A stretch of DNA of 64,000 bases from Selaginella moellendorffii (GCF_000143415.4 NW_003314266.1:1882463-1946462), one strand, 5' to 3'. Shown: positions 24,801 to 37,135, numbered from the stretch's first letter. Numbers and translations are program-made. The notes: generated by a model from the sequence alone, not told the origin.

Positions 24801-25590
24801 ACAAATTAAAAGTTAAACTTTTTTATTCAAGAAAAAAATTAAAATATATTCATATTAACATTAACTTATTTAAATGTTAAAATAGTTTAACATTTAATAA
24901 GTTTTCAATAATTCAATATATTTCTTGGATCTTCTACTCAACATTAGGTTAGAACAAATCCTAAAACAATAAACTATGTTATGTTGTGTTACTTGATGAT
25001 AAACATAAAAATATATAAATTATTGAAAATTTATTTAAGGTTTTATAATTAAATATGTAAATATTTAAAAACTTTGCTCTGCATTGCATGTAACAACGCT
25101 TGGTGTGCTTAAAAGTAGTGTTATTCCTACTTATTAATCTAATTAATCAAATAAAATTTATCATTATAAGCATATTTGTAATTTATAAATTTAAAATTAA
25201 TCTTATTGCATATCAACAATTAGATGGTAGAATAAAAAAGAATATACTTGAAAGGGTTTAAGAAAGTTTATAAATTATAAATACAAGATTAATCTAAATG
25301 AATAACAACTGTTAAATGGTAGAATTTCCTAGAATATCCAAGCATATTCTAGGTATATCCACTATCATCTTGCTTAAGCAAACCAAAAATAAATTAATAA
25401 ACATTCTTCAGTACATATAACACTCCTGTCCAAGTTTGATAGCAAGGATAAATACTATAATTTTTTGTCCCACTAATTCATTAATTTTACATAAAGAAAT
25501 CCTATATAAATAAAACAATTATAGTTGTCTAGCCATTTTATGAAGGAACCAACAACTCAACAGACCAATTACACCAAGAAATATTTATAC

Positions 25591-26681
25591 TCATGAAGCA
25601 AGAGAAACGAGAATTTGTCGCTCCCTGGACAAGCATTTCTCCCTTGAGTGTAGAACAGCAGAGTTGTCCACTAAAAGGATGTCACCTTTCTCCCATGGAA
25701 ACGCCACCTCTTCCTCAAGCATTATCTCCACGAGTTCATCGGCAGCTTGATCTTCGAGCAGCGTTCCATCTTCAAATTTGAGCGTTGTTCCAGGCAAATC
25801 TTTGTGCTTCTTGCGGACCTCCACTAAGAAACCAAGGGCCGAGAAGAATGCCATCCTTCCAGCCGTGTCCTTTCTAAACAAGGGAGCCACTGGTTTTGTC
25901 TCGAGAAACACTCCTCCGTCCGGATGCCAAGTCAGACCAATGTTCTTTTCCGCGGCCCTGTATCATCGAAGGAAAGATTTGATGAGTGAGCCCCACGGAT
26001 TAAACTTGAACAGAGGACGTTTCTTACTTGATCTCGGCAGATTGCTTGTCACCGGCTGAAAGTCGTGACTTCCAGGCGTTCTCGCTTAAGAAAGAGCAGT
26101 GAACAATGCGCCCTTTGTCGAGAAGTTGCTCTGCTAAGTGATCTCTCTCAAGAATTCGCTTGTAAACGACGTGACCTGGAACAATCGGAGTGGCTCCTCC
26201 AGTTCCAGGGTCTGGAGGTTTCTCCGCAAAAAAGACGACCTTTGCCGGTGGTTTCTCAAGCTGGAACACGAAGAACAATTAGAAAAAAGAAAAAAAGAAA
26301 AGATCTTACATAAGCTGCCTCGTTGTGGTAGCCAAGGTACCAATCCAGCGGGAAATCATTGGCAGTGAAAACCTTTCCAAAGACTTTCTTTCGATAAGCC
26401 CCTCCACCCATCTCCAAGTAAGGGTACTCCTCCCATCCCAGCGCATCGATTATGGAGTCAAGCTCCTGCGCTGTCCATACCTCAAATCCTCGCAGCAAAA
26501 CCGCGCCACTCTTGACTAGCCATTCCTCCAGCCGCGATCGCTGCTCCTCAATTCGCAGCGCGCCAGCGAGCGCTCCAGCGTCCTTGGGAGATTCATGGGC
26601 GGGAGCGAGGACCAGCGGGAATGGCGATCCATCCTCGAGCTTCTTCTGGAAAGGGAGGGATACTTGCGAGAAGGAAGCCAT
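25591..26681 (-). CDS. TauD/clavaminate synthase-like Fe(II)/2-oxoglutarate dioxygenase, copy 1 (exons 26681-26310, 26260-26028, 25957-25591)
   Basis: GAVLLRGF, YHNE (HxE), GGATP, WEKGDILLVDN, LHSR; GT-AG introns keep the frame. Confidence 0.9.
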
Positions 26682-26785
26682 GATTGTGCCACGACTTTTA
26701 AGAGCTCTAGTTGTATTATAGCATTATTGACTTTTGAGTCCTCGCAACCTCTGTTCTCAAGCAGGCGGAACTCGCTTGTTACGTT

Positions 26786-27530
26786 NNNNNNNNNNNNNNN
26801 NNNNNNNNNNNNNNNNNNNNNNNNNNNNNNNNNNNNNNNNNNNNNNNNNNNNNNNNNNNNNNNNNNNNNNNNNNNNNNNNNNNNNNNNNNNNNNNNNNNN
26901 NNNNNNNNNNNNNNNNNNNNNNNNNNNNNNNNNNNNNNNNNNNNNNNNNNNNNNNNNNNNNNNNNNNNNNNNNNNNNNNNNNNNNNNNNNNNNNNNNNNN
27001 NNNNNNNNNNNNNNNNNNNNNNNNNNNNNNNNNNNNNNNNNNNNNNNNNNNNNNNNNNNNNNNNNNNNNNNNNNNNNNNNNNNNNNNNNNNNNNNNNNNN
27101 NNNNNNNNNNNNNNNNNNNNNNNNNNNNNNNNNNNNNNNNNNNNNNNNNNNNNNNNNNNNNNNNNNNNNNNNNNNNNNNNNNNNNNNNNNNNNNNNNNNN
27201 NNNNNNNNNNNNNNNNNNNNNNNNNNNNNNNNNNNNNNNNNNNNNNNNNNNNNNNNNNNNNNNNNNNNNNNNNNNNNNNNNNNNNNNNNNNNNNNNNNNN
27301 NNNNNNNNNNNNNNNNNNNNNNNNNNNNNNNNNNNNNNNNNNNNNNNNNNNNNNNNNNNNNNNNNNNNNNNNNNNNNNNNNNNNNNNNNNNNNNNNNNNN
27401 NNNNNNNNNNNNNNNNNNNNNNNNNNNNNNNNNNNNNNNNNNNNNNNNNNNNNNNNNNNNNNNNNNNNNNNNNNNNNNNNNNNNNNNNNNNNNNNNNNNN
27501 NNNNNNNNNNNNNNNNNNNNNNNNNNNNNN
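26786..27530. other. Assembly gap (745 N)
   Basis: N run; flanks match 38335 and 39050 of the duplicate copy. Confidence 1.
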
Positions 27531-27579
27531 GGGTGAGCTCAGTTTGAGGATTCACAAAGTCAATGTCAATCTCCTCTAA

Positions 27580-29835
27580 TCAGATAAAAGTTTCGATGTC
27601 TACCATCGAATTGGAAAGACATGAGCTCTTTGATGCCAAGATATAGCTTGGTGCATCCATGAGCTTAATGTTACAAAAGTTTCCTTGTTTCTTTTGATAA
27701 TATACACATGAAGAGATAAAACACTTGAAATCAACACTGTCTGGTGTATATGGCATGGTCTCAAGAAGTTCTTCAGCAGCTCTGATGTGGCCTGTTCTCC
27801 CCAAGGTATAAATCACACAGCAAAAGTGTTGCTTAGTTGGAACCAGCCCATAATCAACACACATAGACAAGAAATAGCATCTTACTCTCTCTAAGGAAGC
27901 AACATGATTGCAAGCAACAAGAGCAGGCACAAAGCATGTACAATCTGCATTGTAATACAGTGGAAACATCTCAAATACATGGAATGTTTCCCTGAATCTA
28001 GCACTACAGGCATAAGCACTCAGAATTGCTGACCAAGAAACCATGTTTTGGGTTGGCATTGTGTCAAATACTTTCTTTGCTTTCGAGACTTGACCATTCT
28101 GAGCGTATGCTGATAGAAAGGCATTCCACACAACCTGGTTCCGCTGGGTATTCATATTCCAAAATATCCTCTCGGCTTCCTCCACATGCCCATTGTGGGC
28201 ATATGCGACAAGCATGGCTGTCCAGGATACCAGGTCCTTTTCGGGCATCATATCAAAAACACTCCTTGCTCCATCAACATCGCATTCCAAAGCATACACA
28301 GAAATAATAGAGTTAAAAGAAATCTGATTCCCTTGGAGCATACATCGATTTATCTGCTTAGCTTTCTCAAACAAACCATTTTGAGCATATGCATAGATCA
28401 TAATGTTACAAGAGATAACATCCCGTTCCTTTATAAGTTTAACGAAAACTTTCTCCGCACTTTCAATGTCTCCAAACTTGGCATAGGCAGTCAAGAGGCT
28501 GTTCCAAGAAATTTGGTCTTGACAAGGCATGTTGTCAAATATGCTCTTTGTTTCCTCAGGATGCCCACTTATGGCGTTTGCTGCAAGCCGTGTGTTCCAT
28601 GACACACTATCCCACTGCTGCATATTACTAAAAAATGTCTCTAATTCACTCAATTTCCCGCTTTGAGAAACTGCCTCTAAAACTATGTTCCATGACATTT
28701 GATCTCTACATGGCATGTTTGCAAAGAGACTCTTGACAAGCTCTAAACACCCGTTTAAAACACACGCTGACAACACGGAGTTCCAAGAGATTGTGTCGTG
28801 CTCTGGCATGGAATTGAAGAGAGCTCGACATTCTTCCAAGTGATCTAGCTTCTGGGCCTCGGCAGCCAGCATTGTGTTCCAAGAAACTTGGTTTCGTTGA
28901 GGCATGCTTCTAAAAAGCCTCCACGCTTGTGTGGAAAGACCTCCACGGAGCAACGCCGCCAGCATAGAATTCCACGTCATTAGCTCCCACTCTGGCATGC
29001 TTTCAAAGACTCTCTTGGCCTCCTCCAAGTGCCCAGAGCAGGCATATGCTGCTAGCATAGAATTCCACGTCACTTGGCTCCTCTGCGGAATGTGATAGAA
29101 GAGATGCTCCGACGCTTCCACGTTTCCTACGTGGGCATACGACGTCAGCAGCACATTCCACGTCACCAAATCCCTCTCGAGCATCCCGTTAAACACTCGT
29201 AAAGATTCGCACATATGCCCTGTTTGGGCATATGCCGTCAGCATTGCCGTGCAACAGACCGAATCCCACCTTGGCATATTCTCAAAAATATATTCTGCTA
29301 CTTTATAATCACTTGCACGGAGGCACGTAGTCAACATGGCGCACCACGCCACCTGGTTCTTGAAGAGCATATTCTCAAAGAGGTCCTTTGCCTTGTCAAT
29401 ATGCCCGCATTGGGCATATGCCGTTAGCATGGAAGTTTGCGAGACCAGATCCCACTCCGGCATCCTGTCAAACATCTCTCTGGCCTTGACGTGATTCCCG
29501 TCCCTGGCATATGCCGAAAGCATCGCATTCCAGGAGAGAATCCCTCGATGCTCTTCCGGCATGGAATCAAACAGGCGCTTGGCATCCGCTAGATTCCCAT
29601 TGCGGGAATATACCGTGATCATAGTCACCCAGGTGAATGTGTTTTTTGGATTCACGGACTCGAAAGCCCGTACGGCGTCGCTCACGCTCCCAGACCTTCC
29701 GTACATCTCCACGAGCTTGTTTTGTAAGAAGGTGTCGTCCGGACGAAGAGATTCCCGGATGCTTGCATCGATTCTCCTTGCGATCGACAGGCTTTTGCAT
29801 GACTGGAGAAGCTCCAAAGAGAGGCTGCGATCCAT
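27580..29835 (-). CDS. PLS-class PPR protein of tandem ~31-aa SS-type motifs with a C-terminal E-like domain, copy 1
   Basis: Repeated SWNAMLxAYA...FDxMP motifs; HFCCVIYTLGRTGHI...MPYTPD; first ATG at 29835. Confidence 0.92.
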   Translation of the reverse strand: MDRSLSLELLQSCKSLSIARRIDASIRESLRPDDTFLQNKLVEMYGRSGSVSDAVRAFESVNPKNTFTWVTMITVYSRNGNLADAKRLFDSMPEEHRGILSWNAMLSAYARDGNHVKAREMFDRMPEWDLVSQTSMLTAYAQCGHIDKAKDLFENMLFKNQVAWCAMLTTCLRASDYKVAEYIFENMPRWDSVCCTAMLTAYAQTGHMCESLRVFNGMLERDLVTWNVLLTSYAHVGNVEASEHLFYHIPQRSQVTWNSMLAAYACSGHLEEAKRVFESMPEWELMTWNSMLAALLRGGLSTQAWRLFRSMPQRNQVSWNTMLAAEAQKLDHLEECRALFNSMPEHDTISWNSVLSACVLNGCLELVKSLFANMPCRDQMSWNIVLEAVSQSGKLSELETFFSNMQQWDSVSWNTRLAANAISGHPEETKSIFDNMPCQDQISWNSLLTAYAKFGDIESAEKVFVKLIKERDVISCNIMIYAYAQNGLFEKAKQINRCMLQGNQISFNSIISVYALECDVDGARSVFDMMPEKDLVSWTAMLVAYAHNGHVEEAERIFWNMNTQRNQVVWNAFLSAYAQNGQVSKAKKVFDTMPTQNMVSWSAILSAYACSARFRETFHVFEMFPLYYNADCTCFVPALVACNHVASLERVRCYFLSMCVDYGLVPTKQHFCCVIYTLGRTGHIRAAEELLETMPYTPDSVDFKCFISSCVYYQKKQGNFCNIKLMDAPSYILASKSSCLSNSMVDIETFI

Positions 29836-29961
29836 ATTAACATTTTCCAATTTTTAGGGTTCTTGGAGGGAAGGAGCGGCGATGGCGGCATTCTTTGCCG
29901 CGCCATCGCCGCATTGCGATCTAGCTGCTTAGAATCTTGGATCCGAATTCTGGCATCGGGC

Positions 29962-32652
29962 ATGGATAGCACTTCTAAACAGGCTGCTGTTCTTCGCAAT
30001 CCCGAGATTTCCAAGGAAGAAAAGAGCTCCTTCAAATCGGCTCTTCTTGCGGGGCTGAAATCGTGTGGGAGCTCCAAGAATCTTGCCAAGGGGAAGAAGC
30101 TCCACACGGATGCGATCGAGAGGGGCCAGGAATCGGACGTGTACGTCGCGAATACGCTCATCAACATGTACGCGCAGTGTGGCGCCATGGCCAACGCGAG
30201 CAGGCTCTTCGAAGCGATGGCTTATCACACGGTGGTCTCGTGGAATGTGTTGCTACTTGGCTATGCTACCAACGGAGAGGAAGAACTCGCGCTGGAGCTC
30301 TTTGTAGGAATGAGGCTTGAGGGGCTGCTTCCCGACGCTTTCACCTTTGTTGCCGGATTGAAGGCCTGCGCCAAGCTGGGAAAGTCTCGAAGGAATGGGA
30401 ATGCTGGTGCTCGATCGAAGCTGGGGTTGATCAAAGGGAGGGCTGTCCACTCGCAAGCTGCTAGCAGCGGTCTCGACACAAACATTCTCGTGGCTTCCAA
30501 CTTGGTGAGTATGTACGCACAGTGTGGAAGTTTGCTTGATGCTCGGCGGATTTTTGACAGGATGGAGACTAGTACTCGGCTGCTGGTTTGCTGGAATGTT
30601 TTGATGAATGGATACGCGGAGAATCAACCAGAGGTGGCGCTGGAGCTTTTCGGCCGCATGGACTGTGAACCGAACGGGGTGACGTTTTGCGCTGCTCTGA
30701 AAGCTTGGACGAGTCTAGCTGCGAAGGAACAAGGGGATTTGCTGGTCGATGGAAGGATTGTTAAGGTGGTGGCTTTGGCACAGGGGAAGGCTATCCACGA
30801 ACGAGCAGCAAAGTCCGGTTTTGGATCGGACACTTACGTTGCGAGCGCGTTGGTGAGTTTCTACGCTAGGTGTGGAAGCGTGGAGGATGAGAAGGAAGTT
30901 TTTCGGGGGGCATCAAGTCACACAAGTGTTTGGAACGCTATGGTACGAGCCTACGTAGAAAATGGACTGGAAGAACAGGCTCTGGAACTCTTCGAACGCA
31001 TGATACCGCCACCCGACGCTGTGACTTTCTTGGCAGCTCTGAAAGCTTGCGCGAACTTGGCAACCAGAGACGACGTCGATGACAAGCTCGGTAAAGTTTT
31101 GTCACTCGAAAAGGCCAGGGCCATCGACTGCGAATGTGAAAAACAGGGATTCGATCGAGATGTTTACATCTCGAGCGCGCTGGTGAATGCTTTTGCGAGA
31201 TGTGGCAGCATGGTTGATGCCAAGAGAGTTTTCGACAGGTTTCCGGGGACTCAAACTCTAGTGACTTGGAACGTCCTTCTTCTCGGCTACGCAGAGAACG
31301 ATGACGAAGAACGGGCTCTAAACTTATTCGCTGGCTTGCTTCGAGACAACGAACACAGCACTACAGAAGAACTTACGTTTGTCGCGGTGCTGAAAGCTTG
31401 CATAAATCTGGCTCTGAAGGAGGAATGTCCAGAAGGAAGGAAGATCAAAGGATCGTCACTTTCGAAAGGAAAGTCTGTCCACTGGCAAGCTACGCAGCGT
31501 GGATTCGAGAGTGGAACTCTAGTCGGGAACACGCTGATAGATTTTTACATGAAGTGCGGCACTCCGGTACGTGCATGGCTCGTCTTCCAGGCGATGGGAT
31601 CCTCAACAGCAGTGACTTGGACGAGTATGATACTAGGATCCACCGAAAACGGGGACGCAGAGTTTGCGCTGGATTTGTTCTTCTCGATGGAGCAGTGCTG
31701 TGTTCCCGACGCGCAAGCCATCGTAGCAGCGCTCAAGGCTTGCACTGGCCTGGCAGCAAGAGAAGAAGGCCGAGTTTTGGAAGGCAAGCTCGTCAAGACT
31801 AAGTCTCTGGAGATCGGGAAGGCGATTCACATCATGGCCGTGGAACTCGGCCACGAATCGAACAGCTACGTCGCGAGCACGCTGGTGGACATGTACGCGA
31901 AGTGTGGAAGCATGGAGAACTCCCGCGAGATCTTCTACCGGAGCCAGCAGCAGCAGCGATCGGTGGTGTCATGGACGGCCCTCATCTTTGGGTACGCGGA
32001 GAACGGTGAGGCCGCGCAAGCTCTGGAGGAGTTCTCGCGGATGAGAACGGTGGAAGCTCTTCGTCCAAACGCTCAAACTCTAGCGACCGCGCTCAGCGCA
32101 TGCAGTAGCGCTGTGGCTCTGGAGCTGGGACGAGCCGTCCACGCCGAAGCCTGCCGATTTGGACACGATTGCGAGAGCATCCTCGCGAACTGCCTCATGG
32201 ACATGTACTCCAAGTGTGGAGATCTCGCGGCGGCGCAGCGTGTGCTCGACTCGACCGAGTTTCCCGACTCGGTGGCATGGAACACGGTCATCGCGGGGTT
32301 TAGCCGAGTGGGCGATTGGAAGATGGCGTTTGATCTCTTTGGGGAGATGCTGGGCCGCGGGATTCCACCCGTCGGCGCTACGTTTGTGTGCCTCCTCACG
32401 GCTTGCAGCCACGCCGGGCTCGTCGCCAAGGGAATGGAGTTCTTCCAGGCAATGCAAACCAAGTATGGGGTGTCTCCACAGATCGAGCACTGGACTTGCC
32501 TTGTGGATCTCCTGTGCCGCGCGTACGAGCTGGATCACGCCATTGCGCTCGCGCGGAGCTTGCCTTGCGGGAAAGCAGACGAGTTCGTGTGGACGACGAT
32601 CGTTAACGCGTGCAAAATGGCGGGGAAGCATCACAAATATCAAAATTTTTAG
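29962..32652 (+). CDS. PLS-class PPR protein with insertion-bearing L motifs and an E domain, copy 1
   Basis: P-L-S triplets, ACSHAGLV, HWTCLVDLL; first in-frame ATG at 29962. Confidence 0.92.
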   Translation: MDSTSKQAAVLRNPEISKEEKSSFKSALLAGLKSCGSSKNLAKGKKLHTDAIERGQESDVYVANTLINMYAQCGAMANASRLFEAMAYHTVVSWNVLLLGYATNGEEELALELFVGMRLEGLLPDAFTFVAGLKACAKLGKSRRNGNAGARSKLGLIKGRAVHSQAASSGLDTNILVASNLVSMYAQCGSLLDARRIFDRMETSTRLLVCWNVLMNGYAENQPEVALELFGRMDCEPNGVTFCAALKAWTSLAAKEQGDLLVDGRIVKVVALAQGKAIHERAAKSGFGSDTYVASALVSFYARCGSVEDEKEVFRGASSHTSVWNAMVRAYVENGLEEQALELFERMIPPPDAVTFLAALKACANLATRDDVDDKLGKVLSLEKARAIDCECEKQGFDRDVYISSALVNAFARCGSMVDAKRVFDRFPGTQTLVTWNVLLLGYAENDDEERALNLFAGLLRDNEHSTTEELTFVAVLKACINLALKEECPEGRKIKGSSLSKGKSVHWQATQRGFESGTLVGNTLIDFYMKCGTPVRAWLVFQAMGSSTAVTWTSMILGSTENGDAEFALDLFFSMEQCCVPDAQAIVAALKACTGLAAREEGRVLEGKLVKTKSLEIGKAIHIMAVELGHESNSYVASTLVDMYAKCGSMENSREIFYRSQQQQRSVVSWTALIFGYAENGEAAQALEEFSRMRTVEALRPNAQTLATALSACSSAVALELGRAVHAEACRFGHDCESILANCLMDMYSKCGDLAAAQRVLDSTEFPDSVAWNTVIAGFSRVGDWKMAFDLFGEMLGRGIPPVGATFVCLLTACSHAGLVAKGMEFFQAMQTKYGVSPQIEHWTCLVDLLCRAYELDHAIALARSLPCGKADEFVWTTIVNACKMAGKHHKYQNF

Positions 32653-32771
32653 CTCTTCGTCAACTTTGTCCAAGAACCCTAATCTTCTAGCCTGTCTATC
32701 TTTCCAAGGTTCCTTAAGTGGACTGTAAACAATATAAGGCTAAACTTCGTCCAAAACCCTAATCAAGGTAG

Positions 32772-33401
32772 ATGGATCGACGGAAGGGTCCGCTGGCGGA
32801 AACGATAAGGGCTTGTGTCACCTTGGGCGTTGTGCTATTGTTTGTAGTAGGTGTCTTCGTGATCTCGTGGCTTGCATGGCGCGTCCATCTCCACGAGCCA
32901 TGGTGCGAGTTCCAGGACGTGAAGGTCTCGTACATCAAGCTCCCTTCGAACACCACGTCGGGTCTCTTATCCAAGCTCGACTTCCAGTTCCAGTGCCTGA
33001 ACTCCAAGCACCGCAACTTCGAGAACGTGATAAAGGTCAAGTTCACAGAATTCGACGTGGGCGTTAGTTACCGCGGGGTGGATCTTACAGGCCAGCAGTT
33101 TGACTTTCATAGCTTTGTGCTTCCAAAGAACGGTGTTGTGCCTGTGAAGCGGAGCGTCATGGTGAATGAGACGAGTCTTCCAATGGAACACTTGGAGCAG
33201 CTGAGGGCAGACATTGGATCTGGGAGTGTGCCACTCTCTGCGGCAATCCATGCCCGTGCTTCCTGGGGGATTAGTCAGGGTACCATGGATGCCAGGGTTT
33301 TGTGTGGATTGACTATGATTCTTCCACAGTTTGGTGACACTACCGCAACAAATATCGGTTTTGATGGCCAGGATAAGTGCCCTGTCCTTTTGTCTTACTA
33401 G
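32772..33401 (+). CDS. LEA_2 / NDR1-HIN1-like membrane protein, copy 1
   Basis: N-terminal transmembrane helix followed by a beta-rich domain; AAACCCTAA telo-box just upstream. Confidence 0.7.
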   Translation: MDRRKGPLAETIRACVTLGVVLLFVVGVFVISWLAWRVHLHEPWCEFQDVKVSYIKLPSNTTSGLLSKLDFQFQCLNSKHRNFENVIKVKFTEFDVGVSYRGVDLTGQQFDFHSFVLPKNGVVPVKRSVMVNETSLPMEHLEQLRADIGSGSVPLSAAIHARASWGISQGTMDARVLCGLTMILPQFGDTTATNIGFDGQDKCPVLLSY

Positions 33402-33520
33402 TTATTAGTTTTATGTGATTTATCCGCTAGTATAGCTAGAAACGAGTTAATTTCCTTTTACTAACTACAAGAACGCTTTGTCTAACTATAAGCTTTTTTT
33501 GTAAATCACACGAAGAAATA

Positions 33521-33930
33521 TTTATACATGGAGGATTGCCTGGACGAGCATTTCTGCTTCGAGTGTAACACAGCAGAGTTGTCTCTCCCATGAAAACGCC
33601 ACCTCTTCCGTGAGCATTATCTCCACGAGTTCATCCGCAGCTTGATCTTCGAGCAGCGTTCCATCTTCATTGATCCTGAGCGCTTGCAGCCATGATGGAC
33701 TGATCGACAAAGGGAAGCATTTCTTCAGTGTTTCTCTATGCAGGAGGAAAAGGTGGCGTTTCCATGGGAGAAAGGTGACATTCTTCTGGTGGATAATTCT
33801 GTTGTGTTACACTCGAGGTTTAGCACTACTTGTTCATGGGTGATCTCTACGGTCATACGAATCAGTTGAATGATGCAGTGCCACTGGTGAAGAGCATGTT
33901 ATCTAAACCAAATCATGTGATATGTAGTGG
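33521..33930. pseudogene. Chimeric mosaic of inverted TauD 3' fragments and PPR E-domain fragments
   Basis: Minus: EDGTLLEDQAADELVEIMLTEEVAFSWE; plus: ILSACSHDGLIDKGK, then KVAFPWEKGDILLVDNSVVLHSR. Confidence 0.8.
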
Positions 33931-34175
33931 TACTCATAGTACTAGATACTGTGCAGTTAGCAAAATACTATTTTGATTTTTTGACTAAATTGGAATAGTA
34001 TTAAAATAACAAATATTATATTCCACTTTGAAAGAAGAATTGAGGGAATTATGCTCAGCTAGATGAATAATTCTTGTAAACTTGATAATATAAATATTTA
34101 GAAAAAATATATTCCTAGCCATAAATAAGAATAAATAATCATTAATAAAAATATTATATACAAATTATTATTTCA

Positions 34176-35134
34176 GGGGGTTCCAAAAGTATAATAGGGA
34201 GAGTGTGGGGGTTGGAGCCCAGTGGAGCCAGTTTGGCCAGGAAAGGCTAGTTTGGCCCAGGAAAGCCATACCCAGTGTTGGGTGATGAACTGACCACTAG
34301 GAAGTCCAAGACTAGAGTGAATACGGACCGACAAGCGGGGTAGCTTGGTGAAGTGTTCAAGAGCCGGCTCTAGTTCCCCCGGGAGATCGACTGGCCAATG
34401 CTCTCAGTCCAAGTGTGGGTGGCACTACCTACTTGGATACCAGGCATGGCTCATCGGAACCTTGCTCTAAACCCATGGTTAGAGCACCCAAAGGTGGAAG
34501 GCGGGGAGAGTACCCACAAGGCTTGTGTAATGCCACGGTGTTTTGAAATGTTGTCCCAAAGGCCCAGACTATGGAAAGGAAGAGGAGTAGTCCTCTGGTG
34601 TAGTGACCAAGGATACAGTCGTGTGGTGAGAAAGTCCTAGAGGACCGTGGGACTTAGTGGTCAGGCCTGTGAGCCTTGATCCAGGGGCAATGTTGGTGAA
34701 CACAGCCATGGGTAGAAAAGGACTTGGTGGGGACCGGAAAGGGGATATTGGGGAGGGTTATTCCCCATATCTGTGGGCATCTTAAGAATGCTAAGGAGTG
34801 GATCTGGGATGATCACTCATGGACGGATGGCCTAGTCTTTGAGAGATTGGACTGTGATGTGGGTGGTGTCAGGCCACCGATATGACCAACGTGAATGGGC
34901 ATGGCCTTAGTGTAATGGGCTGATATGCTAGTGGTACCTTAGGGTGTCGGTCATGGGATCGGACACGTGGAGCACTTGGACCAAGTGCAAAGGTTGAGTG
35001 GCGGAGATGCCATTCTCGGGGCTAGCAAACCCAAGTCCAAAATAGGACTTATGGAGGTTGTGAGTGAGACTCCTCTAAATGGTCGGAGGTGTGGTTAAAT
35101 GACTAAAGTATAATGGAAAAATTAGTCACTTACA
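34176..35134 (+). repeat. Truncated LTR (3' half) of the element A family
   Basis: Homologous to 21610-22585; ends CACTTACA. Confidence 0.88.
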
Positions 35135-36741
35135 GGTTGGTTGTATTACTCAGTGGGCTTTGAAGTTTCAAATATATGATTTTGATGTTGTTCATCGCTT
35201 GGGATGTTCTATGGCTGATGCTAATGCCTTTCTCGAGCTTCTCTTTCTTCTTCACTCTTTTCTCATGTTTCTAACGAGCTTATTATTTCAACATTTGTAG
35301 ATTTTCTAGATGAGGATTTTGTGCCGTCAACGGTTATTGTGCTTAATGTTCATTGTCCACAAGGTGCAAAGCAAGATCTACCTTCTCTTTACGAGGTTCA
35401 CGAGGCTCAAAAAATTAAGTTATGGATTCGAAGGCTTCAAGATGGGTTTAAGATTTCTGCATCACTTACTGATAATTTGCCATTCTAGCATTTACATTCT
35501 CAATATCAATTTGAAGACCTTTTTTATTTTGTGGGGATGGATTCTGATGATCATTTACGGCTGGTGGTGCATTCAATCTTTATTCCACAGTTTTTCCATG
35601 CTTGCCATGGTTCTCTTATTTTAAGTGGGCATATGGGACATCATCATGTGACCGAGAAGCTATCTAACTCTTTCTATTAGCCAAAAATATTACATGATAT
35701 TATCCAATATGTGTGTAGCTGCATTTGGTGCTAAACTCATAACACTCCCCATCATGTTACATAAGGATGGTTGGAGTCAATTGTAGTTTCCCGTCCATTT
35801 GAGTTGGTGGCATTTGATTTTATGGGACATTTTCCATGATTGACTACTAGCAATGAATATGTTATTATTGCTTTTAACTATTTGACTAATTAGGTGGAAG
35901 TTGATGCTTTTGCTAGCACCCATACAACTGTTGTTGGATATTTCCTTCTCAATCAAGTGGTGTTCCAAGATTTTTGTCCAGAGTGGATTCTTTTGGATAA
36001 TAGTTTTATATTTATGGTTGAGGCATTTCATGTTTTGACGTCTTGGTTGGGGATACGCCACACTTCACGAATGCTTATCATCCACAGTTAGACAGTTTGG
36101 TGGAATAGCTCGGTTGGACATTCAAATGGATGATTGCAAAGTACATGAACTTTTAGCATTCAGATTGGGATAGTTATTTGCCATCTCTTCTATATACATA
36201 TGTCACAAGGGTGCAAAGTTCTGTTAACACTACAACTTCCATCATCGTCCACTTATGGAATACAAAGTGAATAACTTGGTATTAATCCATTTTCCCCATT
36301 TTATGGTATGTGGTTTAACTAAAGAGTTCCTTGCTTAGTGAAAAGGATTGTATTGAGTGTTGTGGCAAGTTGAATTGCAAGTTTATGAGGTTTTGCATGA
36401 CATCCAATAAGCTAATCCTCTAGAAATTGTGCATATGCAATAATTAAAAAACTTCGTACAAAGGGATTATGAATAATTAATACCACCTATAGATCTACTA
36501 ATACCTCCTCCTAATGTTCTCTAGATCCCAGTCTATCTACAAAAGAACTTTAATGGTCTTCCATTATTCTGAGATAAAGTCCAAGTATACAGGTACAATG
36601 CTATATATTAATATTAGCATAGTGGGATTTTAATAATTGTTAGATTGGTTTTAATCCAGACCCCTTGCTCCTATATATAAGCTAGGGTTTTTAGGTTAAT
36701 TAATATGCATATTTTCTGTATTCCCTCTCCATATTTCATAC
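35135..36741 (+). pseudogene. Decayed gypsy RNase H/integrase remnant plus probable LTR (element D-like family)
   Basis: Inverted homology to 17000-18540 and 24650-24800. Confidence 0.55.
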
Positions 36742-37135
36742 ACTTATAATTGCAAATAAATATAATTCAATATATATATATATATAAATAAATATTAATA
36801 TTAACATTACTTTATTTTAATGTTAAAATTAATTTAAACATAAAAACAAAGAAATTATCCAAATTATTAAAAATTTATTTAAGGTTACATTTTTTAATAA
36901 ATATTTTTCCATAAATATATAGCAAAGATAAATACTATAATCTTTTACCCACTAATTCATAATTTTACATGATTTAATTCATTAGTCTGTCATAAAAAAA
37001 TTCCTATATAGATACAGCAATTATAGTTGTCTAGCCATTTTATGAAAGAATCAACAACTCCAAGAGACCAATTACACCAATAAATATTTATATTCATGAA
37101 GCAAGAGGACCAATCACACCGAGAAATATTGATAC

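Noticed and set aside
26595-27579. ORFs spanning poly-X
   Set aside because: Artefacts of the N gap.
29836-29961. TTG-initiated N-terminal extensions of the PPR ORFs in the track
   Set aside because: Eukaryotic genes; first ATGs used instead.
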